Shown: positions 1 to 10,450 of the stretch, piece by piece
Layout: each line of letters begins with the position of its first letter
Position numbering within the stretch: position 1 is the stretch's first letter
DNA from: an uncultured cyanobacterium
GTDB lineage: Bacteria; Cyanobacteriota; Cyanobacteriia; Cyanobacteriales; Cyanobacteriaceae
DNA: 64,000 bases
Direction: 5' to 3'
NCBI GenBank assembly: GCA_963749915.1
Contig: CAVVOP010000008.1
Coordinates: forward strand, 512,001-576,000
Made by a program: the position numbers and the translations under genes
The notes under the pieces: model-generated
Seen by the model: the letters and a program-made list of their open reading frames with translations, nothing else
What the model was told of the DNA's origin: nothing
The model's database searches: none

Positions 1-2460
1 ACCTTAAAAAGGGCTTTTTTAGACAATCTCTTTTATGTTCAAGGTAAATTTCCTGGGCTGGCCTCGGAAAATGATTACTATCTGGCCTTGGCCTATACCG
101 TTCGCGATCGCATGTTGCAGCGGTGGGTCAGCACGGCGGCGGCCTATACGGATCAGACTTCCCGAACGGTCTGCTATTTGTCCGCAGAATTTTTGATGGG
201 ACCTCATCTGGGCAATAATCTCATTAGTTTGGGGGTGTACGACCAATTCAAAGAAGCTATGGAGTCTCTTTGCATCGATCTTGACGAGCTATTAACCATA
301 GAAGAAGAACCCGGTTTAGGTAATGGAGGTTTAGGTCGATTGGCGGCTTGCTATCTCGAATCCATGGCCTCCTTAGAAATTGCCAATATCGGCTACGGCA
401 TTCGCTATGAATTTGGCATTTTCGACCAAGAAATCCGCGATGGCTGGCAGGTCGAAATTACCGATAAGTGGCTCCGCAAAGGGAATCCCTGGGAGATTGC
501 TCGTCCTGATTGGGCCGTATTAGTCAAGTTTGGGGGTCATACCGAATCTTTTCTGGACGATCTAGATCATTATCGCGTGCGCTGGGTTCCCGAGCGAGAG
601 GTGAGAGGGGTTCCCTACGATACGCCGATTTTGGGCTACAAAGTTAATACAGCGAATACCCTTAGGCTTTGGAGTGCAGAAGCCCAAGAATCCTTCGATT
701 TTCAGGCGTTTAATCAGGGGAATTATTATGGAGCTGTCGAGGGCAAGTTGGTGTCAGAAACCATTAGCAAGGTGCTGTATCCCAATGATGAAAAATTTGA
801 AGGGAAGCAATTGCGCCTAGAACAGCAATACTTCTTTGTTTCCAGTTCCTTGCAAGATATGCTACGGATTCTTCAAGGCCAGGGACTGCCTGTCGAGCGC
901 TTTCACGAAAAGTTTTCGATTCAACTCAATGACACCCATCCCTCCATCGCGGTGGCCGAACTGATGCGTCTTTTGATCGACGAGCATCGCCTAGATTGGG
1001 ATACTGCTTGGACGATTACTCGCCAGTCTTTTGCCTATACCAACCATACCCTTTTGCCCGAAGCCCTAGAAAAATGGACGATCGATCTGTTTGGTAAATT
1101 GTTGCCGCGCATTTTAGAAATTATTTACGAAATCAATCGTCATTTTCTCGATGAAGTTCGCATCAAATTCAGTGGAGATGAGGGGCGCATTGCACGGATG
1201 TCTCTGATTGATGAAAGTGGCGATCGCTATGTAAGAATGGCGAATTTGGCTTGTGTGGGGAGTTTCGCCATTAATGGCGTGGCTGCCTTACATAGCGAAC
1301 TTCTGAAGGAAACAGTGCTGCGAGATTTCTATGAGTTTTCCCCGGAAAAATTCTCCAATAAAACCAATGGGGTCACACCTCGTCGTTGGATTGCCCTGAG
1401 CAACCCTCGCCTGACCCAACTGCTCAGCCAGAAAATTGGTGATGGTTGGATCAAACACCTGGAAAACCTGCGGCAACTCGAAGGCTATGCTCAAGATTCG
1501 GGATTTCGCGAAGACTGGCGTCAAACCAAACAAGCGGTTAAGTACGATCTAGCCCGTCATATTGAAGGTACCTTGGGTATTACTATCGATCCCCACTCCT
1601 TATTTGATGTCCAGGTGAAGCGCATCCATGAATATAAACGGCAGCATCTCAACGTTTTACACATTATTTCTCTTTACTGGCGGTTAAAGAACGATCCTAA
1701 TCTGGATATTTCCCCTCGTACCTTTATTTTTGGGGGCAAGGCAGCTCCAGGCTATTACATGGCGAAGTTAATTATTAAACTGATTAACTCCGTTGGGGAA
1801 GTCGTCAATCGTGACCCGATTTCTTGCGATCGTCTGCGAGTGGTTTTCATTCCTGATTTTAATGTATCCAATGGTCAGCGGATCTATCCCGCGGCCGATC
1901 TTTCTGAGCAAATTTCTACCGCAGGCTACGAAGCTTCGGGAACGGGTAATATGAAATTCATGATGAACGGATCTCTGACCATTGGGACCCTAGACGGCGC
2001 CAATGTCGAAATCCGCGAAGAAGCTGGGCCCGAAAACTTTTTCCTCTTTGGTTTGACCGCGGAGGAAGTTGTGAAACTCCGCCAAGCCGGTTATCGCCCT
2101 TGGGAGTATTATCAAAACAATAACGAACTTAAACAGGTACTCGATCTCATTTCCTCGGGCTACTTTTCCCATGGAGATGGGGAACTCTTTAAGCCGATTG
2201 TCAATAATTTGCTGAGTTACGATCCCTTTTTGTTGCTGGCGGATTTCCAATCTTATATCGATTGTCAAAACACCGTTGGGCAAAAGTATCAAGATAGGGA
2301 CCAGTGGTCACGAATGTCTATTCTCAATACGTCAAGAGCGGGCAAATTCTCTTCCGATCGGGCGATTAAGGAATACTGTGACGACATTTGGAAAGTCTCT
2401 CCTCTTGAGATCGACCTGAATGCAAATCATTTTGATGCGGGGAGTTGTTCGATTGTTTGA
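1..2460 (+). CDS. glgP: Glycogen/starch/alpha-glucan phosphorylase, 5' end outside window
   Basis: Frame is open from base 1 (TLKRAFLDNLFYVQGK...). Motifs EEPGLGNGGLGRLAAC, QLNDTHP, KRIHEYKRQ and the PLP-site EASGTGNMK. Confidence 0.97.
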   Translation, partial: TLKRAFLDNLFYVQGKFPGLASENDYYLALAYTVRDRMLQRWVSTAAAYTDQTSRTVCYLSAEFLMGPHLGNNLISLGVYDQFKEAMESLCIDLDELLTIEEEPGLGNGGLGRLAACYLESMASLEIANIGYGIRYEFGIFDQEIRDGWQVEITDKWLRKGNPWEIARPDWAVLVKFGGHTESFLDDLDHYRVRWVPEREVRGVPYDTPILGYKVNTANTLRLWSAEAQESFDFQAFNQGNYYGAVEGKLVSETISKVLYPNDEKFEGKQLRLEQQYFFVSSSLQDMLRILQGQGLPVERFHEKFSIQLNDTHPSIAVAELMRLLIDEHRLDWDTAWTITRQSFAYTNHTLLPEALEKWTIDLFGKLLPRILEIIYEINRHFLDEVRIKFSGDEGRIARMSLIDESGDRYVRMANLACVGSFAINGVAALHSELLKETVLRDFYEFSPEKFSNKTNGVTPRRWIALSNPRLTQLLSQKIGDGWIKHLENLRQLEGYAQDSGFREDWRQTKQAVKYDLARHIEGTLGITIDPHSLFDVQVKRIHEYKRQHLNVLHIISLYWRLKNDPNLDISPRTFIFGGKAAPGYYMAKLIIKLINSVGEVVNRDPISCDRLRVVFIPDFNVSNGQRIYPAADLSEQISTAGYEASGTGNMKFMMNGSLTIGTLDGANVEIREEAGPENFFLFGLTAEEVVKLRQAGYRPWEYYQNNNELKQVLDLISSGYFSHGDGELFKPIVNNLLSYDPFLLLADFQSYIDCQNTVGQKYQDRDQWSRMSILNTSRAGKFSSDRAIKEYCDDIWKVSPLEIDLNANHFDAGSCSIV

Positions 2461-2602
2461 GAGGCATTACGACTATCCAGACAGGTAAATTTAATATTGG
2501 TGAATGGGGCATGGCAAAAACCAAAATTAGGTGTCGAACCGTACAAAGGTACAGAAATTTTTGCTTTTAACCCTCTCTTTATCTAAATGTGCAAATAAGA
2601 CC

Positions 2603-2780
2603 CCCTTCCAATACTACTCGGTTAAGCTGAAAAACTTGATCAAATGAGAAGTGTGGGGAGTGTGGGAAGTATGGGATTTTTCTTTCCCATCTTCCCCATC
2701 TTCCCCCTCTTCCAAGTCTCACCTTCCCCCAAATATAAAAAACCTACACCCGAAAGCTTCCCCCTCTTCCCTATCCTTGT
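2603..2780 (+). repeat. Dispersed ~180-bp repeat (MITE/REP-like, with GTGTGGGAA and CTTCCCC units), copy 1
   Basis: Closely matches the reverse complement of 41991-42186, including the shared run ttccaagtctcaccttc-cccaaatat-aaaaacctacacccgaaagcttcccc-tcttccctatccttgt. Confidence 0.85.
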
Positions 2781-3058
2781 CACAACACATAATTATTCTG
2801 TTACAGTCGATGGGGCATGAATTTGCACCAACAAAGAAAACCGAGCGACAGCGAGTCCTTCTTTAAAGCTGTTTCTGCCTATGTCCGGACAAAAACCCTT
2901 GGTATTTAGGGGACAGGTATTTAACCTACAAGACTATCAAGTGATCCAGGTATAATAGTTTGTATCCCTTTCTAATTAACACTTTGAGGGAAAACCTCAC
3001 CATTTTTGATGAGAACGAATACGCACTATGAATGTTTATTATATCTTATTCCTAATCT

Positions 3059-5812
3059 ATGAATCACTGGTACCAACTAGAAGTTGCACAAGTACTGCAG
3101 CACTTTGAGGTAGATCCTCTGTCTGGTCTAAGCCAGAAGGAAGTGAATCAAAGGCGATGGCAACATGGCACAAATGAGTTGATCGAACATCCTCTCAAAA
3201 ATCCCTGGCGAATTCTTTGGGAACAGTTGAGCGCAACCCCTGTGATGATGCTCCTCGTGGCGGGAGTCATCTCCGCCATTTTGAGAGATTACAAAGATGC
3301 CGTGGCGATTCTGGCGATCGTCATCTTCAACGCTATTTTGGGACTAACCCAAGAGTATCGTGCCGAAAAAGCGATCGCAGCCCTGAAAAAGCTAGCGGTG
3401 CCCACGGTCAGAGTTTGTCGTCAAGGCAAGTGGCAGGAACTATCCGCTTGTCAATTAGTGTTGGGAGATATAGTGTATCTGGAGGCTGGAAATTCAGTAC
3501 CAGCAGATGGTCGAGTGCTGGAGAGTACTAATCTGCGGGTTCGGGAAGCCGCATTTACTGGGGAGTCTTTCCCGGTGGAAAAGGACCCCCGTACCTGCTC
3601 TGAGAACAAGCTACCACTAGGGGATCGCTCCAACATGGTTTACATGGGTACCATCGTCGCCTACGGGCGAGGGCAAGTCGTGGTTACCGAAACGGGCATG
3701 AGTACGGAACTGGGCAAAATTGCCCATTTAGTCCAGACTGTCCAAAGGGAACCGACACCCCTGCAACGTCGCCTAGATCAATTGGGGCAGAAATTGGCGA
3801 TGGCATCGTTGCTGCTGGTTGCCATTATCTTTACCCAGGGATTACTGCGGGGTGAGAGCATTAATCTGATGATTTTGACAGCAGTGAGCATGGCCGTGGC
3901 GATCATTCCCGAGGGCTTGCCGGCCGTGGTCACCATTGCACTGGCACTGGGATCGCGGCGAATGCTACAACGTCACGCCCTGATCCGCAAATTGCCCGCG
4001 GTGGAAACCCTAGGGTCAGTCACCACCATTTGTGCCGATAAAACCGGCACCTTGACCGAAAACCGGATGAGTGTAATCGTCCTAGATGTAGCAAACCAGC
4101 GGGTCGATTTAAGAGCCACCCCAGCCATAGCCGCCACCGATGGCACTTCTGAAATTATACAATCATCCTCTGCTCTGTCACTCCTCCTGATGGGTTGTGC
4201 CCTCTGCAACAATGTCCTGCCTTCGTCTAACTCCAAGGCATCTGTCACCCTTGAAGCCTTAGGGGACCCCACGGAAGTTGCACTCGCGGCCGCATCTGCC
4301 CGTTTCGGATTTCAGAAAGCTGAACTCAATGAGCAGTTCCCCTGTGTTGCAGAAATGCCTTTTGCCTCGGAACGCAAGCGCATGACCACGGTTCACCCCA
4401 TTCCAAGCCCCCAATTCCAGAACTTGTCCATTCTAGACAGCATTTGGCAATGGGGCCGTCAGGGAAAAGCTTCCCACATCGCCTTTACGAAAGGGGCCGT
4501 GGATAGTCTACTGGAAGTCTGTAATTATGTTTGGGTGAAAGATCGGGCTGAGCCACTCCATGCAGAATGGCATGAGCGGATTACCACAAGCAACAGTCAG
4601 TCAGCGCAGGGGGGAATGCGGGTTCTGGGAGTTGCCTTCCGACTGTTAGAAGCTTTACCAGCTAATGGGGCGGCGGCCATAGAGCAAGACCTGATTTTCA
4701 TCGGACTCATCGGCATGATTGATCCCCCTCGCCCGGAAGTCAAGACTGCGGTGCAAACCTGTAGCATCGCTGGAATTCGTCCAGTAATGATTACGGGTGA
4801 CCATCCGCTCATGGCTCAGTACATTGCCCAAGCGGTCGGCATTACGAATAATCATCACGTCCTGACGGGTTTAGAATTGAGCCAGCTTTCGTTGCCTGAA
4901 TTAGAAGCCCAAGTGGAATCCGTCTCTATCTATGCACGGGTTTCTCCTCAGCAGAAACTCAACATTGTCAAGGCATTGCAAAACCAGGGGCATATTGTCG
5001 CCATGACGGGTGATGGCATCAATGACGCACCAGCCCTCAGGAAAGCAGACATTGGTGTGGCAATGGGCATGGCCGGTACGGACGTCTCAAAAGAAGCCGC
5101 TGACATGGTGCTACTGGATGATAACTTTGCCACTATTGTCGCCGCAGTGGAGGAAGGACGAGTGATCTACGACAATATCCGTAAGTTCATTAAATACACC
5201 CTCACAGGCAACGCAGGGGGAGTCTGGATTATGGTACTGGCTCCCCTATTGGCGATGCCCTTGCCCCTGTTGCCTTTGCAAATCCTCTGGATCAATCTTA
5301 TGGCAGATGGGCTAATGGCCTTGGCACTCAGCGTAGAACCCTCTGAAAGCAATGTGATGCAACGCTCACCCCACAGTCCCCAGGAAAATATCTTTGGGCG
5401 TGGTGTGGGCAGAGGGATTATCTGGGTCGGGTTTCTGGTCGGACTGACTATTCTGCTGATGGGCTACGAGTACTGGTTGGCGGGGCAACCAAATTGGCAG
5501 ACGATGGTGTTCACAACCCTTGCTTGTTCACGGGCGAGTCTAGCACTGGCAATGCGGTCTGAACACGATTCCCTGTTTCGGTTAGGATTACTCACAAATA
5601 AGCCGATCTTGGGGGCTGCGGCAATGACCCTGATTTTACAGATTGCAGTTATTTACACCCCCTGGTTACAAACTCTGTTTAAGACAAAAGCACTGTCGGT
5701 TCCAGAACTAATTATCTGCTTGGGTTTGAGTCTTGTGGGTTTTTTAGGAGTAGAGCTTGAGAAATGGATTGTGCGTCGTCGGATAGCTCTGGCTGCCAGT
5801 GAGCACAAATGA
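3059..5812 (+). CDS. P-type cation-transporting ATPase (type II, Ca2+/PacL-like)
   Basis: TGES actuator motif, IPEGLP, phosphorylation motif DKTGTLT, MITGD, TGDGINDAPAL and QILWINL; multiple TM segments. Confidence 0.93.
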   Translation: MNHWYQLEVAQVLQHFEVDPLSGLSQKEVNQRRWQHGTNELIEHPLKNPWRILWEQLSATPVMMLLVAGVISAILRDYKDAVAILAIVIFNAILGLTQEYRAEKAIAALKKLAVPTVRVCRQGKWQELSACQLVLGDIVYLEAGNSVPADGRVLESTNLRVREAAFTGESFPVEKDPRTCSENKLPLGDRSNMVYMGTIVAYGRGQVVVTETGMSTELGKIAHLVQTVQREPTPLQRRLDQLGQKLAMASLLLVAIIFTQGLLRGESINLMILTAVSMAVAIIPEGLPAVVTIALALGSRRMLQRHALIRKLPAVETLGSVTTICADKTGTLTENRMSVIVLDVANQRVDLRATPAIAATDGTSEIIQSSSALSLLLMGCALCNNVLPSSNSKASVTLEALGDPTEVALAAASARFGFQKAELNEQFPCVAEMPFASERKRMTTVHPIPSPQFQNLSILDSIWQWGRQGKASHIAFTKGAVDSLLEVCNYVWVKDRAEPLHAEWHERITTSNSQSAQGGMRVLGVAFRLLEALPANGAAAIEQDLIFIGLIGMIDPPRPEVKTAVQTCSIAGIRPVMITGDHPLMAQYIAQAVGITNNHHVLTGLELSQLSLPELEAQVESVSIYARVSPQQKLNIVKALQNQGHIVAMTGDGINDAPALRKADIGVAMGMAGTDVSKEAADMVLLDDNFATIVAAVEEGRVIYDNIRKFIKYTLTGNAGGVWIMVLAPLLAMPLPLLPLQILWINLMADGLMALALSVEPSESNVMQRSPHSPQENIFGRGVGRGIIWVGFLVGLTILLMGYEYWLAGQPNWQTMVFTTLACSRASLALAMRSEHDSLFRLGLLTNKPILGAAAMTLILQIAVIYTPWLQTLFKTKALSVPELIICLGLSLVGFLGVELEKWIVRRRIALAASEHK

Positions 5813-5905
5813 TGATGAAAACAAAAATGAAAGGTGCGGCAGACAGCTATCTGCATCAGTTTTTGGGTTTTTCCTCTGGGGGAGTTTTTATTAGTCAAAT
5901 TTCGA

Positions 5906-5930
5906 CCCAAATGTTAAAAACCTACACCTG
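5906..5930 (+). repeat. 25-bp fragment of the dispersed repeat
   Basis: cccaaatgttaaaaacctacacctg matches 2728-2752 and the 42-kb copy (23/25 to the latter). Confidence 0.65.
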
Positions 5931-6035
5931 TGAGAACCCCTGTACTCGGGACTGCGAACTCACTGATTACTTGCTTATTGATGGTTAATGAATGATAATT
6001 GATCAGTGTTGGCCAATAGTTAAATCATTTAAAAT

Positions 6036-6674
6036 ATGGGTGTTGAACTCCGAAGTTACGTTTACTTAGACCGATTACAATCTCAACACGCCTCCTATAT
6101 TGGTACCGTTGCCCTGGGTTTTTTACCCTTACCTGGTGATGCTTCCCTGTGGATTGAAATTTCTCCTGGTATTGAGATCAACAGAATAACCGATATAGCA
6201 CTAAAGTCGGCGGTAGTACGTCCGGGAGTTCAATTTGTGGAACGTCTTTACGGATTATTAGAAATTCATTCTAGTAATCAGGGGGAAACTAAAACTGCAG
6301 GTAGAGCTATTTTAGATGCTTTGGGAGTCAGTGAAAAAGATTGCATTAAGCCAGAAGTCGTGTCAAGTCAAATCATTCGTAATATCGATCCCTATCAAGC
6401 ACAAATTATTAACCGTAACCGTCGAGGACAAATGTTGTTAGCGGGGCAAACTTTGTACGTTTTGGAAGTAAAACCTGCGGCTTATGCAGCATTAGCGGCC
6501 AATGAAGCAGAAAAATCCGCTTTAATTAACATTCTCTCAGTTCAAGCAGTGGGTAGTTTTGGCAGACTTTATCTCGGTGGTGCAGAAAGGGATATAAAAG
6601 CAGGATCCCAAGCGGCTTTAGAGGCGATCGCCAATGTTGGGGGGAGAATTGGTCTGTCAGAGGTAAAAGAGTAA
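6036..6674 (+). CDS. ccmP: Carboxysome tandem-BMC shell protein CcmP
   Basis: 212 aa; [38 protein letters not shown] and [10 protein letters not shown] are characteristic of cyanobacterial CcmP. Confidence 0.9.
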   Translation: MGVELRSYVYLDRLQSQHASYIGTVALGFLPLPGDASLWIEISPGIEINRITDIALKSAVVRPGVQFVERLYGLLEIHSSNQGETKTAGRAILDALGVSEKDCIKPEVVSSQIIRNIDPYQAQIINRNRRGQMLLAGQTLYVLEVKPAAYAALAANEAEKSALINILSVQAVGSFGRLYLGGAERDIKAGSQAALEAIANVGGRIGLSEVKE

Positions 6675-6689
6675 GGAGAAGAAAAGAAG

Positions 6690-7238
6690 ATGAATAATCA
6701 AGAATACTGGGCAAAATTAATTAAAAATGTTCACCAATGGAATCAGTGGCGAGAATTTAATGATGATGTCAAAATCGATCTGTCAGGAATGAATTTTAGT
6801 AATTATGATTTAGAGGGAATTAACTTAAGTGATTGTAATTTGAAGGAAACTAACTTTATTGGGTGTAACTTGCGATTAGCTAATTTAACTCAAACAGGTT
6901 TAACAAAAACTAATTTAATCGGGGTTAATTTAAGATTAGCTAATTTAAGAAAAGCAATTTTAATTAATACCAAGCTACACCGAGCTAACTTGAGTGAAGT
7001 GGATTTAAACCGGTCAATTATCACCGAATCGGACTTAAGTAACAGTATTTTATACGAAACGGAACTGGGAGAAGCCAAAATATATAAAAGTAACTTCAGC
7101 TATGCTCAATTAGTCAATACTCATCTTATCAAAGCTGACATAATTTTAAGCAATTTTGAGGGGGCAATTCTTAAAAATGTTGATTTTCGTTGGGCAAATT
7201 TAATTAAAACGTCGATTTTAGATCTACAACAATTCTAA
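6690..7238 (+). CDS. Pentapeptide repeat protein
   Basis: WNQWR N-terminus followed by A(N/D)LxX pentapeptide repeats. Confidence 0.9.
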   Translation: MNNQEYWAKLIKNVHQWNQWREFNDDVKIDLSGMNFSNYDLEGINLSDCNLKETNFIGCNLRLANLTQTGLTKTNLIGVNLRLANLRKAILINTKLHRANLSEVDLNRSIITESDLSNSILYETELGEAKIYKSNFSYAQLVNTHLIKADIILSNFEGAILKNVDFRWANLIKTSILDLQQF

Positions 7239-7459
7239 TTTGCTTCCTATATCTCGGAAAATAAATATTTTTTTGTTATAGTAGGGGTAAGTGAGTATTG
7301 AAAATTTTTAAAAGGTAGGCTACGGCAAATTTAAAAATAATACTATTTACCTTTAATTAATCGTTACCTAATTCAGAGCCTATAGTCACGTAACCTTTAT
7401 TTTATAAATAGTCTTAAATCTAATTTTTTTACATAATTAAACTCGGAGAGGAAAATAAC

Positions 7460-7957
7460 ATGGATGCACAAGAACTTCTTCAAAAATATACTGATGGTCA
7501 AAGAAATTTTAGTCGTGTTAATTTAGTCAGATTATGTTTGAATAAAGCATATTTACAAGGAGTAGACTTAACTTCGGCTCAACTTTCCCAAGCTAAACTC
7601 AATGAGGCAAATCTCGTCCAGGTTAATATGATTGAAGCCTGTGCGATGGATGCTGAAATGACCAGTGCGGATTTAAGTGGTGCTAGTTTAGTTTCTGCTG
7701 ATTTTAGAGGCTCTAATTTAAGAGGTGCTAAATTAGGAGGAGCAGATTTAAGAAATGCAGATTTAAGTGGTGCGGATTTTTCCCATGCTGACTTAAGAGG
7801 TGCAGATTTAAGTGGTGCTAACTTACAAAATACCGATTTAAGTAATGCTAATTTGGAAGGTGCTTATTTAGATGAGACAGACTTAACACAAGCAAATTTG
7901 GAAGGTGCTAATTTAAGGGGTGCAGATTTATCGGGGGCAAAAATGCCTATTGTTTAA
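7460..7957 (+). CDS. Pentapeptide repeat protein
   Basis: MDAQELLQKYTDGQRNF N-terminus; ADLSG/ANLEG repeats; GGAGAGG RBS upstream. Confidence 0.93.
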   Translation: MDAQELLQKYTDGQRNFSRVNLVRLCLNKAYLQGVDLTSAQLSQAKLNEANLVQVNMIEACAMDAEMTSADLSGASLVSADFRGSNLRGAKLGGADLRNADLSGADFSHADLRGADLSGANLQNTDLSNANLEGAYLDETDLTQANLEGANLRGADLSGAKMPIV

Positions 7958-8060
7958 CTAACAATTAATTTCGGGGTGAGGGGCTTAAACAAGGAAATTG
8001 TGCGAGATCTCCCAGAGGTAGGGTATGATTGAAAATGTAAAGTTTTATTGAGCATAATAG

Positions 8061-9341
<1,281 letters not shown>

Positions 9342-9345
9342 TTTT

Positions 9346-9376
9346 TAAGTAATAAGTAATAAGTAATAAGTAATAA
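9346..9376 (+). repeat. STRR heptamer tandem repeat (TAAGTAA)n
   Basis: About four copies after the ahcY stop. Similar arrays occur at 29138-29168 (ATTATCC) and 32558-32588 (TAGGTAA/TAAGTAA). Confidence 0.8.
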
Positions 9377-9421
9377 ATTGTTGATTAGATTTTAATTCCT
9401 AATTCCTAATTATTTTGATTT

Positions 9422-9922
9422 ATGTTTCAAAAATTAACTCGTTTTTTTTTCTTAATTTTAGCTTTAATAATTCTTTTTATTCCCGATTATGCGATCGCCG
9501 CTAGTTCGAGTGCGGTAACATCAACTTTTGAAAGTAAAGATTTAAGCGGGGAAAATTTCTCGGGACAAAATTTACAACTAGCAGAGTTTACTAAAGTTAA
9601 ATTAGAAGGTGCAGATTTAAGTAAAACTGACTTGCGTGGAGGGGTTTTTAATGGTGTTTTCGCAGAAAAAGTTAACCTCTCTGGTGCTAATTTTACCAAT
9701 GGTTTAGCCTATGTAACTAACTTTGACAATGCCGACTTAAGGGATACTATTTTTAGAGAAGCGATTATGTTACGATCGACTTTTAACAATGCTAAAGTTG
9801 AGGGTGCAGATTTCACTCAAGCGGTGTTAGATAATCAACAAATCGCCAAACTTTGTAAATATGCTGATGGGATCAATTCTCAAACAGGTGCGAGTACCCG
9901 TCAATCTTTAGGATGCCCATAG
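9422..9922 (+). CDS. Exported/lumenal pentapeptide repeat protein
   Basis: Signal peptide, pentapeptide repeats and a C-terminal LC...TRQSLGC disulfide motif. Confidence 0.9.
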   Translation: MFQKLTRFFFLILALIILFIPDYAIAASSSAVTSTFESKDLSGENFSGQNLQLAEFTKVKLEGADLSKTDLRGGVFNGVFAEKVNLSGANFTNGLAYVTNFDNADLRDTIFREAIMLRSTFNNAKVEGADFTQAVLDNQQIAKLCKYADGINSQTGASTRQSLGCP

Positions 9923-9943
9923 CAATGTAAAATTAACGATTAA

Positions 9944-10385
9944 TTATTCACTGATTAATTCTTTGTCAATTAAATCATCTAATCCCACAGAAATTAATAA
10001 CTCCTTCCACTGTTGGGGTTGAAGTTCCTTCATACTGGCCACCAAAGATAGAGTATCTTGCCAAACACCCTGATGAGCGAAAATTTCTGCCTTTTTAAGG
10101 GTGTCTGGATTAGCTGATAGTTCATTTTTAGCCTCTCCATTCAGAGAAACTCTTTCAATGAATCCCTTAGTGTGATTGCTAGTATTGATAAACATGGGAC
10201 TACATACGAGGGATACTTCCCATATATACTTTTTATCGTTTTCCAAATTAACTTGATCCGATACATTAATATTAATAATACGATCACTGACTGTTATAGG
10301 TATTTCTTGAATATCTATATCTTTACCGTTTTCTTCCCTGAGAATAAACTGGGCAAATTTAGCTTGGGTTGGAGGTATATAATCT
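9944..10385 (-). pseudogene. 5'-truncated DUF928-family gene
   Basis: The frame of ORF 9944-10246 stays open upstream and reads YIPPTQAKFAQFILRE...LENDKKYIWEVSLVC...GFIERV...GVWQDTL...WKELLISVGL, typical of DUF928. It has no ATG or N-terminal part. Confidence 0.7.
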
Positions 10386-10450
10386 TTTATCCCAAAAATG
10401 GAGGAAATTCTGTCATTGTTTTCAGGGCTTAGACATAGAATCCGGTAGAG

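Noticed and set aside
2651..2866. 71-aa ORF MWGVWEVW...
   Set aside because: Translation of the dispersed repeat; low complexity.
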